A stretch of DNA of 64,000 nt. It comes from the human T2T-CHM13v2.0 reference genome, Homo sapiens. Under the pieces are notes generated by a model. The model was not told the DNA's origin. It saw only the letters and a list, made by a program, of their open reading frames with translations, and made no database searches. The stretch is from the NCBI RefSeq assembly GCF_009914755.1, contig NC_060931.1. One strand, written 5' to 3'. A program made the translations under genes and the position numbers. Positions 51,980 to 64,000 of this stretch are shown here, piece after piece. Numbering within the stretch: the first letter of the stretch is position 1; every line of letters begins with the position of its first letter.

Positions 51980-53930
51980 CCACCAGAGAATGCCCACAAT
52001 TTCAAGAAATCTCTCAAACCAAATCCAGCACCATATTGAATGGCAAAACCCTAGATATATAAATTCAGAAGCCCATATGGAATGCCCCCATCACTACCAT
52101 GATTTAACATTACTCTGGAGGCTCTATTAATACAGTTAGACAAAAGAAACAAAATAAGGTTTAAACACTGGAAAGGAGGAAGCAGCGTTATTATTATTTG
52201 TAGATATCATTGAACTTCAAAAGAATCAACTGGGAAACTACCAACATTTAAAAGAATAATGCAAAGTGGCTAAATTACAATAATTAATCATTTTCCTACA
52301 TATAAAAAGTAGACAGAAAACTAATGAAAGAAAAGAACCAATAGACAACAGCCACAAGAACAAAAACTAACATGAAATGTGCAGACCTTTAATAAAGAAA
52401 AATTTAAGTTTCCTCTGCAGTATAAAAGAAGACTGGTCTAAGGAAAATATCTTGTTCTTATACAAGAAACAAATAATGTAAAGATGTCAATTCTTCCCTA
52501 TTAGTTTATAATTTAACTAAAATCCTAAGTTCATATGGAAAAATATACATGTAATAATAGACAGGAAATTATGAAACAAAAGAATAATGCAAAGAACTAA
52601 CCCTACTACATATTAAAATGAATTATAAAGCTAAATAATTGAACAGTTCAGTGTTTAATAAGGAATTGTTAAGCCAATAAAAAATATAAAGTTAATAAAC
52701 AGGCTCAAATACAAATGTGAATTTAGTGTCTGATAAAGCTGGCATTCCGAATCAGTGAGAAAAGAGATTAATCAACAAATGACATTAAGAAGACACTTCT
52801 TCCATTAGTTTTCTGTCTACTTTTTGTAGTAGAAAATTTATTAATTATTGTAATAAGCCACGTTGTCACCATCTCTTATTTTTTTTTTTAGCTTTCGTTT
52901 TTTAGTTTTTTCATTTGGAGTACAATGACACCTACAAATAATAATGTTGCCTCTTCTTTTTCACTGTTTAATTTGGGAAAAAATTGCTAGATCCCTGGCT
53001 TACTCTTTGCATGAAACTAACTCCTAATGAATAAAAACTTAAGTAAAGTCATAGGGGCACTGGATTAAAAATAACAATAACATTGATTGAGCACTTACCC
53101 TATGTCAGGCATTACCTCGCAATATCCCTGTATGATAGGTACAAATGACACATCTGAGTCCAGAGAAGTTAAGTTAGCCAAGATCACACAGCACGTGTGA
53201 TTTAAACACAGGCAGCCTAACTCCAAAGCCCATACACTTAATCACTATGTCATATAGCCTCCCAATTCCAGGAGAAAATATGAAAGAATTTTTCTATACC
53301 TTAGGGAAAGGAAATGTTTTCAAAGTATCATCAAAAACTAGAAGCCACGAAGACAAAGGTTGACCATTTTGACTATATAAAAGTTAAAGTTTTTTGGATG
53401 AAAAAATTAAGTGAAAAGATAAAACAACTAAGAAAAAAGTCATTTGCAACACAGATGTCAGAGGACTCATTTACTTAACATATAAAGAGCAGCTGCAAAT
53501 TAGTAAAAAACAAACAAACAAACAAACCTTCTGTACCATAGAAGATTGGGAAAGAAGCATAAATGGGAAAAGACACCTATATGGCTCATAATTAAAGAAA
53601 TGAAATGATGACAATAGGAAACCACTCTCCTTTGCCTTGCACTTAAGCAAAATATTTTAAAGTTTTTAAAATTAAAAAAACACAAGATGTTAGCAAGGAT
53701 GTGGAAAACATACATTAAAATATATCATGTAAATTGCAACAACCTCTTTTTAAAAATTCGGCAATACTCATAAAATGTAAAATGCACATAACCTTTGACA
53801 CAATAGTTCACTTCTAAGAACCTATCCTCCACGATAATTGTACATGTGTAGAAAGAGACCACTGAAGCAATGACTTCGTTAGGCAAAAAACTGCAAGTAG
53901 TCTAAATGCCCATTATTTAGAGGACTGAGT
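51980..53930 (+). mobile_element. Old L1ME-like ORF2/3' fragments (MIR inserted at ~53070-53255)
   Basis: A-rich degenerate ORF2 (ttaacattactctggagg, aaagatgtcaattcttccc). Confidence 0.55.
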
Positions 53931-54632
53931 GAAGTAGAAAAGTGTAAGCCAGAATACTTTGATTCATTCTTGGTTAAAACTACAGTTTGAAACTATGGAC
54001 CACAAGTTTCAATGGTATTATGACAGCTTTGAATGAAAAAGTTGTAGATACAAGTGCTTTTGGTAGATACAAGTAGGGCTTCTGGTTAGCCATGATCCAT
54101 TGTTTAGAAAGATTAGAGGGAAAAGTTAGAGAATATTTACCAACCAATTACTGCAACATTAAAATAAGTCTATACTTTTTTCTGTACCTTGTGCAGATGA
54201 AGCTAATTTTCTGTCAAAATCAGTTTACTAAAAAGAGCCAAAAGCTTTCCTAATATGTAAAGGTTTGTTTTCACAATTATCTAACGGACTGTTGACCCAT
54301 AACTTTGAGAACATGTATGTTTGTTATTGGAAACTGCACATATGCCTATTTTAAAGGATCTCATTTGTTCTCTTGAAAACTGTGTTTGCATAAGAGATTT
54401 AATGGCTCATCAACCAGAATACACTTAATCACTAAATATGACCTCCTGGGTCTTGTAATAATAAACAAGTCCACAGGAAACCTGTGAATTTTTTCTTGGA
54501 GTTAAAAATGGTTCTTCATTTTGACTTTCTCCTTTTATTGGCTTATGTAAATAAAATAATCTTTAAATAGTGTGACTGTCAGATTCATTACTTAAAACAC
54601 AATTCAAAACTCTTTTTTTAAAGAGCTAAATA

Positions 54633-54957
<325 letters not shown>

Positions 54958-55029
54958 GAGCTAAATAAATTATGGCACATCAAAACAATGAAATAAGAAA
55001 TGGAGCAAATCTTTTCCTCACCCCACCCC

Positions 55030-55195
55030 AAATCTGAGCATGGGGTGCTTGTTAAAACACGAACCAACAAGCCTCACACCAGTTTCTGATTCAACTGGTC
55101 TGGAATGGCGCTTAAGAATGCGCATGTCCAACGAGTTCCCTGGAGATGCTGGTGTAGTTGGCCTGGCCACCACACTTAAAGAGCCTTTGCTCTAA
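55030..55195. mobile_element. MER5A
   Basis: cttgttaaaacac...gtttctgattca...gttccctggagatgctg...ccacactt. Confidence 0.55.
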
Positions 55196-55599
55196 AGGCA
55201 TGCGGTAACCCTCTCTGTATTGATGCAGAAAGATTTCCCAAGACACAGTACCTTAAAGGAACAAAGGGAAGACTGATAGGTTGGTCTCATTTGCTTATGT
55301 AGACAACCTTATTCATGCTTGGGAAATGGCTGGAAGGAAATGCGAGGTTGAAAATGATTTTCCTGGGCAGTGGGCAAGGAGTGAGACTGGCCTATGTTGA
55401 ATACCCGTTTAAACTGCTTCAGTGTACCACCTGCCTATGTTTGCCTTAAAAGAATAAAATAATGATGTCTCAAATTCAAAATTCGTAAAAGAGATGGTTG
55501 AATCTGGCACTGCCCAAATATGTCTATCGAATACCTCCTCCTTGTGGAGCCTGGTACCAAGCACAGCCTCAAACTATCTCGACGGTCAGGCCCCTTTCC

Positions 55600-56510
55600 C
55601 AGGTGGTGCCGTGGTGGCCGTGGGGTGAGGAAAATGTATTTTCCTGCAGGAAAATATGTACGGCTGTAGCCCGTCCATTTCTCATCCTGGGATAGCGAGG
55701 GGTTTCCGGAGGAGGCGTCAGCGGTGGGAAGTGGGAGAAAGCGAGCAAAAGGGGCGGGGGCGAAGGAGCGGACTCGCCTGCTGCCGCGGGGGCGGGAATC
55801 CGCAAGCCAGCCTGGGAGAAGGGACAGAACAGCGGCTGATCCTTCCCTGGGCTAGGGAAGGAAAATAAACTGTGCTGGCCTCGGAGTGGGGGATGGAGAG
55901 GGGCGATGGCGCTGCATCTGCAGGACGTTGCAAGGGCTAGGAGCGGGCAAGACTAGTGTCGGCAGGAAGGTAGTGGTGGTGATGGCGGGGGTGTGTGGCA
56001 AACAGAGCCCGAGCGAAAGCCTGAGAAGGTTCTGGTTGCCCCCCAGCCTACTTTAGTCCCTAACCCTCCAGCGGGGCGAGGAGGGAGCGCATCGGAGAGG
56101 TACCTGTGCGATGGGCAGCGGTGCTTGGCACCTGAGCGTAGGTACGATACTCAGCAAGGCACCTGGGTGGGACATAGGAGAAGGAAATCTCCACCCCAAC
56201 CCCCCAAAACACCGCCCAGAAGTGGGCGGTGAGGCCCAGTGCCGCAGCCCCAGGGAAATGGCAGTGACACAGGTGGCAGCCACCTTCAGAGCGCCAGGCC
56301 CCCGCCAGCACATCTGCAGGTAGCAGCTTTGGCCACAGGAAGGCGCATCTGCACTGCCGGGTTCGCAAAAGCGGGGCGTGTGGGCTGAATTCCCACTTTC
56401 GGCAGCGGGAGAGGCTGGAAGAGACTGGGTTCCTGCCACTTGGAATTCAAGCCCTGGACTGTGGTGGGGTCTTGGTTTGATAGCCTGATTTTGGTCGCTA
56501 TTTTTGCCGG
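55600..56510. promoter_or_regulatory. CpG-rich promoter/enhancer-like element with GC boxes
   Basis: GGGGCGGGGG (55751-55760), GGGGCGGGAA (~55789), GTGGGCGGT, GGGGCGTG; many CpGs outside any repeat I recognise. Confidence 0.55.
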
Positions 56511-56539
56511 CTGACACTTTATCCTCCACCCCTCTTTTT

Positions 56540-57225
56540 TTGTTGATGGGATTATTGACATAGAATAAAATTTTCCAAGGTTAAGTGTACAGTTTGAGAA
56601 ATTTTGGTAATTGTATCGAATCATTTAACTGCCATCATAAACAACATGGAACAGTTCTATCATCCTAAAAGTTCCCTCCTACCTCACTGTTCTTCACATC
56701 TGCTGTGACCACACAGCCCCAGGCAACTCCTCGGCTGCTTTCTGTTACTAGGTTTCCCTTTTCCAGAAAGTTTTCCAAATGGAATCAGTCTTTTTAAATC
56801 TGGCATCATTCACTTAGTATAATGTTTTGATATTCAGCCACGTTGTTGTGTGTCTTCTGTCTTGTTCCAGGGTATGGAGATACCACAAGTTGTTTATCCA
56901 TTCACAAATTGGTGGACATTTGCGTTGTTTCCAGTTTTTGAATTTTACGTATAAAGTTGCTATGAACAATTTTATACATTTTTGTACACACAGGTTTTTA
57001 TTTGTCTTTGGTAAACACCTAAGGAGTGGGAATGCTGGGGCATGTGGTAAATGTCTGGTTAACTTCATGAGGTACTGCCAGACTGTTTTCCAAAAGGGCT
57101 AACCCTTTTACATTCCCACCAGTAATGTAGAAGAGTTCCAGTTTCTCTGCATCACTTGCTATCTCCAGTCTCTTTAACCCTAGCTGCTCTAGTGGACATG
57201 TCTGACCATCACTTTTGATTTTACC
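56540..57225 (-). mobile_element. L1M 3' end
   Basis: ttaagtgtacagtttg...gtttatccattcac...tacattcccaccagtaatgta. Confidence 0.7.
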
Positions 57226-57942
57226 CCATCAGGTCCAGGGTCTAGAGAAACCCCCTTGCAGAATGCTCCCGCCACACTGCTTCAAAAGCACGAAGGGTGC
57301 TGAGTAGTCGGCGAGTCTCAGAAGGCTCTGTGGCTGCAACCTTCCTTTCAGGCCTCCCAAGGATGCTGAGCAGCTGCTACTGTAGAACAAAGTTCTAATA
57401 CACAGATGAGAGGGAGTGTTCTTATTGAGAGAGAAGTGAGAATGAATACCAGCAATACCCTCAAAAACTTCTGAATGCATTGGATATTTTTATAGCCAGC
57501 GGACAGTTGTCAGTTAATTGTGGCCTCAGCCTTGCAGAGACCCATCTGGAAATATCTTTAAATGGATAAACCTCAAATTACTTTCATCATGCCAAATGCA
57601 TACTTCTATAGCTCATCATATGTACATAGTGAAAGAAGAAAGCCAAGCATGAATGATAGGCTAAACACATCTCTAAAAACATCATAGTGGGGGCGTAAGC
57701 ACCGAGTTCTCCAGAGGGTCCTGAAAGATGCTGTTGACAAAATACCAGAGCACAGCAGTCCTATTCTAAGTAACACAGAACAGCCTTCTCACTGAAGCAG
57801 CGATGCGGAGTCTGGAGCCTTCTACCACATCCTGCTCTCATTCAGATGGGTAGGCTGCCATCTGCAAGAGCCAGCAGATCTGGAACCAGTGCAGGGAGAT
57901 GGTGGGGGATGCGGGGAGTTTCTGGTCTCAGATAATGAGAGC

Positions 57943-58373
57943 GTATTAGTTTGCTAGGACTGCCTAGCAACAAAGTACCACAGACCAGGTGGTTTAACCA
58001 ATAGAAATTTATGGTCCCACAGTTCTAGAGGTTAGGGGTTTCAGATCAAAGTCTCTGCAGGTTTGTTTCCTTGAGGGCTGTGAGGGAGAATCTGTTCCAA
58101 GCCTCTGTCTTGGCTTCTCACGGTTTGCTAGCAATCTTTGGTGTTCCTTGGTGTAGATGCATCAGCCCTATCTGTTTTGCATGGCGTTCTCCCTGTGTGC
58201 ATGGCTGTCTCCAAATTTCCCCTTTATATGAAGACACCAGTCATATCAGAGTAGGGACCCTCCCTACTCCAGTGTGACCTCATCTTAACTAATTAAATCT
58301 GCAAAGACTATTCCAAATAAGGTCACATTCTGAGGTATTGGGAATTTGGGGGAGACCCAATTCAACCTGCAAC
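57943..58373 (-). mobile_element. MLT1 (B/C-like) LTR
   Basis: gtattagtttgctaggactgcc...ccaaataaggtcacattctgagg. Confidence 0.75.
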
Positions 58374-58779
58374 AGAGGGTCTGGATATCTTTAAATCAGT
58401 TCCTGACTTTACCTCTTCCCAAAAATAACATGGGTGCTAATGAGGTACCCATTGGGCTGGATAAATCCTGGACTCAGAGAATCATCACAGAACCCACATG
58501 TCTGACTCCAAGAGGAAATGCACCAGCATGACCAGGAATTGCCAGCAATACTCTGCTGTAAGCATGTGGGTGGCCTGGGCATGGGGTAAGCTCCTGGGTT
58601 CTGCTAGGGCTAAACATGCTGCTTCATCCCCACACTCTTCACTCTGCCCCAGGACACCCTGGATGCAGCAGGGGAAACTTAGGCAAGGCTGGCAGCAGCA
58701 CCCACCCCTAAATTTTGCTTCCACGAGCTCTAAGCCAGTGTACAGGTGCAGCAACTTGGAATCCCCTGGAGAACCACCT

Positions 58780-59560
58780 GCAGATTCTTAGTCTTCCTCA
58801 TCTCCTTTCACCACCACTCCAGACTTCCCATTTGTCTCCCTGAGTGACTGCCATGGCCCCCTAAAGTTCCCCTCATTGCCATCCTTGATCCATTATAGTT
58901 TATCCTCAACACAGTAGCCTTGGTGATTCTCTTGAACATAATAGAAATTGTGTCAGGATGGGGACCGGGTTAAGCTACTCATGGGAAGGCTAAAACATGT
59001 GGTTCACACATATCCCTCCCTAGGACTCTGATGCACTGGATTCAGGGTGGCAAACTCAGGTAAAGCTGCTCTGAATCATTCAGAGTTCATGCCGGAGTGC
59101 CAACAAGGCCACCAGACTTGGAAATGGCCCAGTGTTTCCTCTCTGGCCACATCTCCTACAGCTTTTCCCTGGGTCACTCTAATCAGTCACTCTGGTGTCC
59201 TCACTGCTCCTAGAATGAGCTATCCCCCTCCCTACCGCAGAGCCTCTACCCAGGTATCTGTGAGGCTTGCTCCCCGCTCCTTTGAGACCTTGTTTCAAGA
59301 TCACCTTCTCAGTCAGGCCTACTCTCACGGCCTCATTGAAAATTGCACCTGCTCCCAATCCCCATCACTGTGCTCAGTTTTTCCCATAACATTTTTCACC
59401 TTTTAACCTGATATCCTTATTCCGTCCTTCCCTGACACTAGAATGGAAGCTTCATGAGGGTGAAGAATTTTTGTTTTGTTCTTGGATATATGCTTAGGGC
59501 TAGACCATTGCTTGGCATAGAGTACATATTCAGTTTATGTTTGTTGGACAAATAAGTTTT
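58780..59560 (+). mobile_element. L2 fragments
   Basis: ctagaatggaagcttcatgaggg...gcttggcatagagta. Confidence 0.5.
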
Positions 59561-59980
59561 GAAATAGACACATTCCCGGGCCGCATCCCAGATGTGTGGC
59601 ATGGAAATTGCAGCACCAAAAGTGCAGTAATCTGCATTGCTGCAAAGCCCCCACTGTGTTTCTTGGGTTCACCAAAATTTGTGAACAAAAGTTTGAGTCC
59701 GAGGTGATGGAGCTACCCAGCCTCAGCCCCATGTCTCTGAAAAGCACAGAGAAGGGGGAAAACGAACCAGGCAGGATGACCTCCTGAGAGCATCTGATCT
59801 TCACTACCAGTCCCAGGTCTTAGATTTCCTTAGATTCAGGATGGGTTAAGATGACCTCAACCCACATGGCTAAGCTCCCAGCTGATGGGCCCCCTGCCCC
59901 TGAGCTCCGGGTTCTAAGGGAGATAAGGTTCCCAAGCCATAGGCAGATGAGGTGGATTGACAATCGGTTTACAAGATGGG

Positions 59981-60350
59981 TGTATTAGTCTGTTTTCATG
60001 CTGCTATAAAGACATATTGGAGACTGGGTAATATATAAAGAAAGGAGGTTTAACTGACGCACAGTTCACATGGCAGGAGAAGCCTAGGAAATCTATAATC
60101 ATGGCAAAAGGAGAAGGAGAAGGAGAAGCAAGTACCTTCTTTACTAGGTGGCAGGAGAGAGGAGCGGGCACAGGGGAAACTGCCACTTATAAACCATCAG
60201 ATCTCATGAGAACTCCCTTCACTATCATGAGAACAGCATGGGGGAAACTGCTCCCATGATCCAATCACCTCCCACCAGGTCCCTCCCTGACACATCGGGA
60301 TTACAATACGAGATGGGATTTGGGTGGGAACAAACAGCCAAACCATATCA
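59981..60350 (-). mobile_element. THE1D/MSTA solo LTR
   Basis: TGTATTAGTC...AACCATATCA. Confidence 0.85.
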
Positions 60351-61900
60351 GTAAGTGAGAGGTCACAGCCAACTATTCGGTCAACTACGCAGCCATGGAA
60401 TTAGGCTCACTGGATCAAATTGAGTGGGAAAATCCCCTGCTTTTAGCTATTATCTAGGACATTTAGAAAGTCTCACAGTGGTGAAGGCAAAGAACTGAAG
60501 ACTGGAATGGTAGGAGAAGTCTCGTTTGAAGCCAGGGGGAGTGAGAGGAAGTACCTTGTGGCCCCTCGGCTATACTAGCACGACCTGTGTCACACCTTTA
60601 GGAAGCTGGAGACAACATCGGAATTGGATCAGCTGGATGGGGGGCCATCAGGAAAGGCTGGATGCAGACTGACTTTGCTCAGGAAGAGAAAATTTAAAGA
60701 TATTTTCAGAAGCACTCCTTTTCTTTTGATTTCTTCATAACCCTAACAATATTTGACTCATCATCAGAAACTTAAATTAATTATGAGAAACTCCAAGGAA
60801 ATCTTCAGATCGTATGTCCCTCTAGTCCATCACTGGCCTCCCTGGGTGTGTGTAAAGGAAGGTGCTTACTCCTGTGGGCTCTCTCAGCCCTGCCATTCTG
60901 GGAGTCTAGGATTCTGTGTCCCACCCTCCTTGGGCTCCAGGGCACCATGAGTCCATCCATCATGAGCAAGGAGCCTAGGACAGCTCCACCCTTTGACCTC
61001 ACGTCAGGAAAATGTGGGACTGGACTATCCCATTCCATCTACGTCTCATGCCCCCCCGACCCTCCACTCCTAGTAGACCTCACCCTTCCTAGGGGCCTTG
61101 AGGGGCAAGGGAATATTCTGGCAAGCTTTGTTCACTGTGCAGCAAGGGCCCTTCAAATACTCTAGTGATGAAGGCTAAAGTCCTCCTGAGAAACCCAGAG
61201 AATGCTCAAGATGGTTGGATCTGAAGCTGAAACCGTCTAACCTGAAATGACAAAAGGATGTGGTGGCAGCTTATCTTCCTGTAAAGCCCTGATCTTTTTC
61301 CCTCCCTTCCCCTCCTCAGAGAAATTTAAAAAGCATTCGCCAGAGCTGACTATGTCAGGCATGAGTCCATCAAACACCCCTCGTGCCAGTTATCCATTTA
61401 TTGTCTCTCAGCTCCAAATTCACCCCCTTTGGCCACATTTGGTAATCCTGGAGCTGTCCCCTGTGGACATGTGGCCTTGCCAGGCGGCATGATGCCAAGC
61501 TTGGTCAACAGAGGCTGTTGGAGGACACTAGAGGAGCAAAGTGCTTCTGTGCCTAGTCCTGCGATGCTCTCCCAGATTTGCTCCTGGGACACGCGTTGGC
61601 CAGGAGCATGAGGGACACCCAGTGGTGTCCACCCAGCAGTTTGCAGCAGCAGCCTGTGGGCAGCTTCCCACTGAGTTCCACCAGCATCCCAGGACACAGC
61701 TCCCTGCTTACCAGCACTGGCTGGTGGCACTTCGGCAAACGTCTCCACCATCCGGTGGGCCACACCTGCCCTCCCACCATGGAGATTCCCTTCCAAGTCT
61801 GTTCCTTCCCTGGTGCTCTGCCTCAGCCCTGGTGCAGGGAGGCTGCTCCCCGCAGTTGCTATTCTTTAGTATCTACCCATTAGTACCTAGTCCCTTGTTA

Positions 61901-62274
<374 letters not shown>

Positions 62275-62453
62275 TCAGGTAGCTGTGTGGTTCCTGTCTC
62301 CTGACTGGACTCTGAAGAACATACCCATGCATTAACTACCTACAGTCTACAATTACTATTTTGCTATGTCTTCTTTTTCACATATGGGAGTCTTTTATTA
62401 GTAGTGATCTCTGGCTGTACAGGTCAAAACAAGGCTCATCCTAGGGATAAAGG

Positions 62454-62835
62454 TGTATTCGTTTGCGAAGGCTGCCACCAAGTATCCCAGACTCAGTGGC
62501 TTAGGCAATAGAAATTTGTTTTCTCACAATTCTGGAGGCTTGATTTGATTGAATACATTCAAATCAAAGTATTGGTTAGTTTGTTTCTTCTGCAGCCTCT
62601 CTCCTTGGCTTGCCAATGGCCATCTTCATGTTCACATGGCATCCCCTCTCTATGCCTGTCTGTGTCCCAATCTCCTTTTATATGGACACCACGCATAGTA
62701 GACTGGGGCTCATCCCAGACCTCATTTTAACTTAACTACCTCTGTAAAGACCCTGTCTCCAAATACCATCACATTCTGAGCTGGGGGCTGGGCCTTCAGC
62801 ATATGAATGTGGGGACACACAATTGAGCCCATCAC
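62454..62835 (-). mobile_element. MLT1A-like LTR
   Basis: tgtattcgtttgcgaaggctgcc...ctccaaataccatcacattctgag...gcccatcaca. Confidence 0.7.
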
Positions 62836-64000
62836 AAAAGAGATCCAAAGAAAGGTGTCCTTGTGCCCTGTGCTTTCTGAGGAAGATGTGTTCCCTTGAG
62901 ATTCTCAGAGGTAAAGATGCAACTAAGTCATTTCTTCTGCCCCTCAGAAAACAAAATGAGACAGACATGTACTTCCCCAAAGGAGCCCCCTGACACTGCT
63001 GAGCAGGGTGTAAGAGGTGACACTGAAGAGTTGGAAGGAGGAGAGATGAGAGAAGAGAAAATCATGGAACTTGAGTTGGTCTTTGCAGATGATTGGTGTC
63101 TCTGATAAGACCAGGCAGGGGATATTTAGAGTGCCCTGGAGGATCTGAGAATGTCCAGACCACTGAGTAAAAGAGTGGGGACTGCGCCAGCCTTACTGGA
63201 AGGGCCTTGCTGAGTGGTCTGGAGGTGAAGCAATGGTGCCCAGAAAGTGAGTGCCTCTCAGGAGGTAATCGATGTCTCACAAAGACCAGGCAGGCTGCAG
63301 ACACCACCACCTACTAGGCCACACGGGATTTAGGAAATGTCATCATGGGACAGGGAGGCTGAGGCAACTGCAGGACTTCGGAAAATTGTGGGCCTTTCTT
63401 GAGGGGCAGCTTCCACAAAACACAAAGTCAATGTTGCCCTTTCCTCTTAAGTTCACAGTTCTGGGCAGGCCAGTTATGCAGCAGTGGCTTTCTTGGATTC
63501 AGAAGCAAGGGAAGGCTAACCACTCCCCAGATGATAACTCCAGCTCTGCATACTATGGGGACCTCAGCCCACAAGGGACAAAGCTTACTCTTTTGGAAGA
63601 AGTTGCCTTTTACTGCATAATATGTAAGGAGAAAAAACATATTAAGTCCTGAAGAATGTACCTAGGGAACCATTAGGGGAGGAGGAAGCTTGGCCTAGCT
63701 CTCCTGCATCCTGGCTCTGTGAGTTCCCTGTTCCATCAGCCTATTGCTGGGGTCTGGGGATGGTGATTAAATCACCTACAATCAAAGGCAGATTCAGGCT
63801 AGCATTGGGAAACTGTTTTGGGATGCCTGAAAAAGACCTGACATAAACACACAATAGATACCAGCACTGAGCTCTAACTGGACCGTTGACTCCCTTCCTC
63901 ACACTTTCTCACTTTGTCGCTGTGCTTTCAAGATTTAGAAATAAATACTTTTAGATCTATCTTGGCTTAATGAAAGGTTTTCTTCACAGTCATATTTTAT

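Noticed and set aside
55498-56624. Protein-coding gene at the distal CpG-rich patch
   Set aside because: Overlapping short ORFs on both strands, no domain and no convincing splice structure.

Overview
Human (or very close hominid) genomic DNA, most likely 7p15.3, dominated by interspersed repeats. The left end holds the 5' part of STEAP1B on the minus strand: a CpG-island promoter, non-coding exon 1 (donor at 6002/6001) and first coding exon 661-775, which encodes [28 protein letters not shown]. Upstream on the same strand is a full-length, intronless EEF1A1 retrocopy (probably EEF1A1P6) with an uninterrupted 462-codon ORF, 5' TOP tract, poly(A) tail and target-site duplication (TSD). Further right are a complete MaLR (MSTA/THE1D-type) provirus and a full-length ~6.0-kb L1PA2/PA3-type LINE-1. 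The L1 has intact ORF1 and antisense ORF0, while ORF2 carries two nonsense codons. The rest is Alus, old L1M/L2/MIR/MLT/MER fragments, an ERVL internal remnant and an orphan CpG-rich promoter-like patch near 55.6-56.5 kb. The main hypothesis is that the L1 antisense promoter points at both the retrocopy and STEAP1B, and ORF0's second splice donor is in frame and stop-free with STEAP1B exon 2. Repeat subfamily names and most repeat boundaries were assigned by eye from remembered consensus sequences and are approximate.
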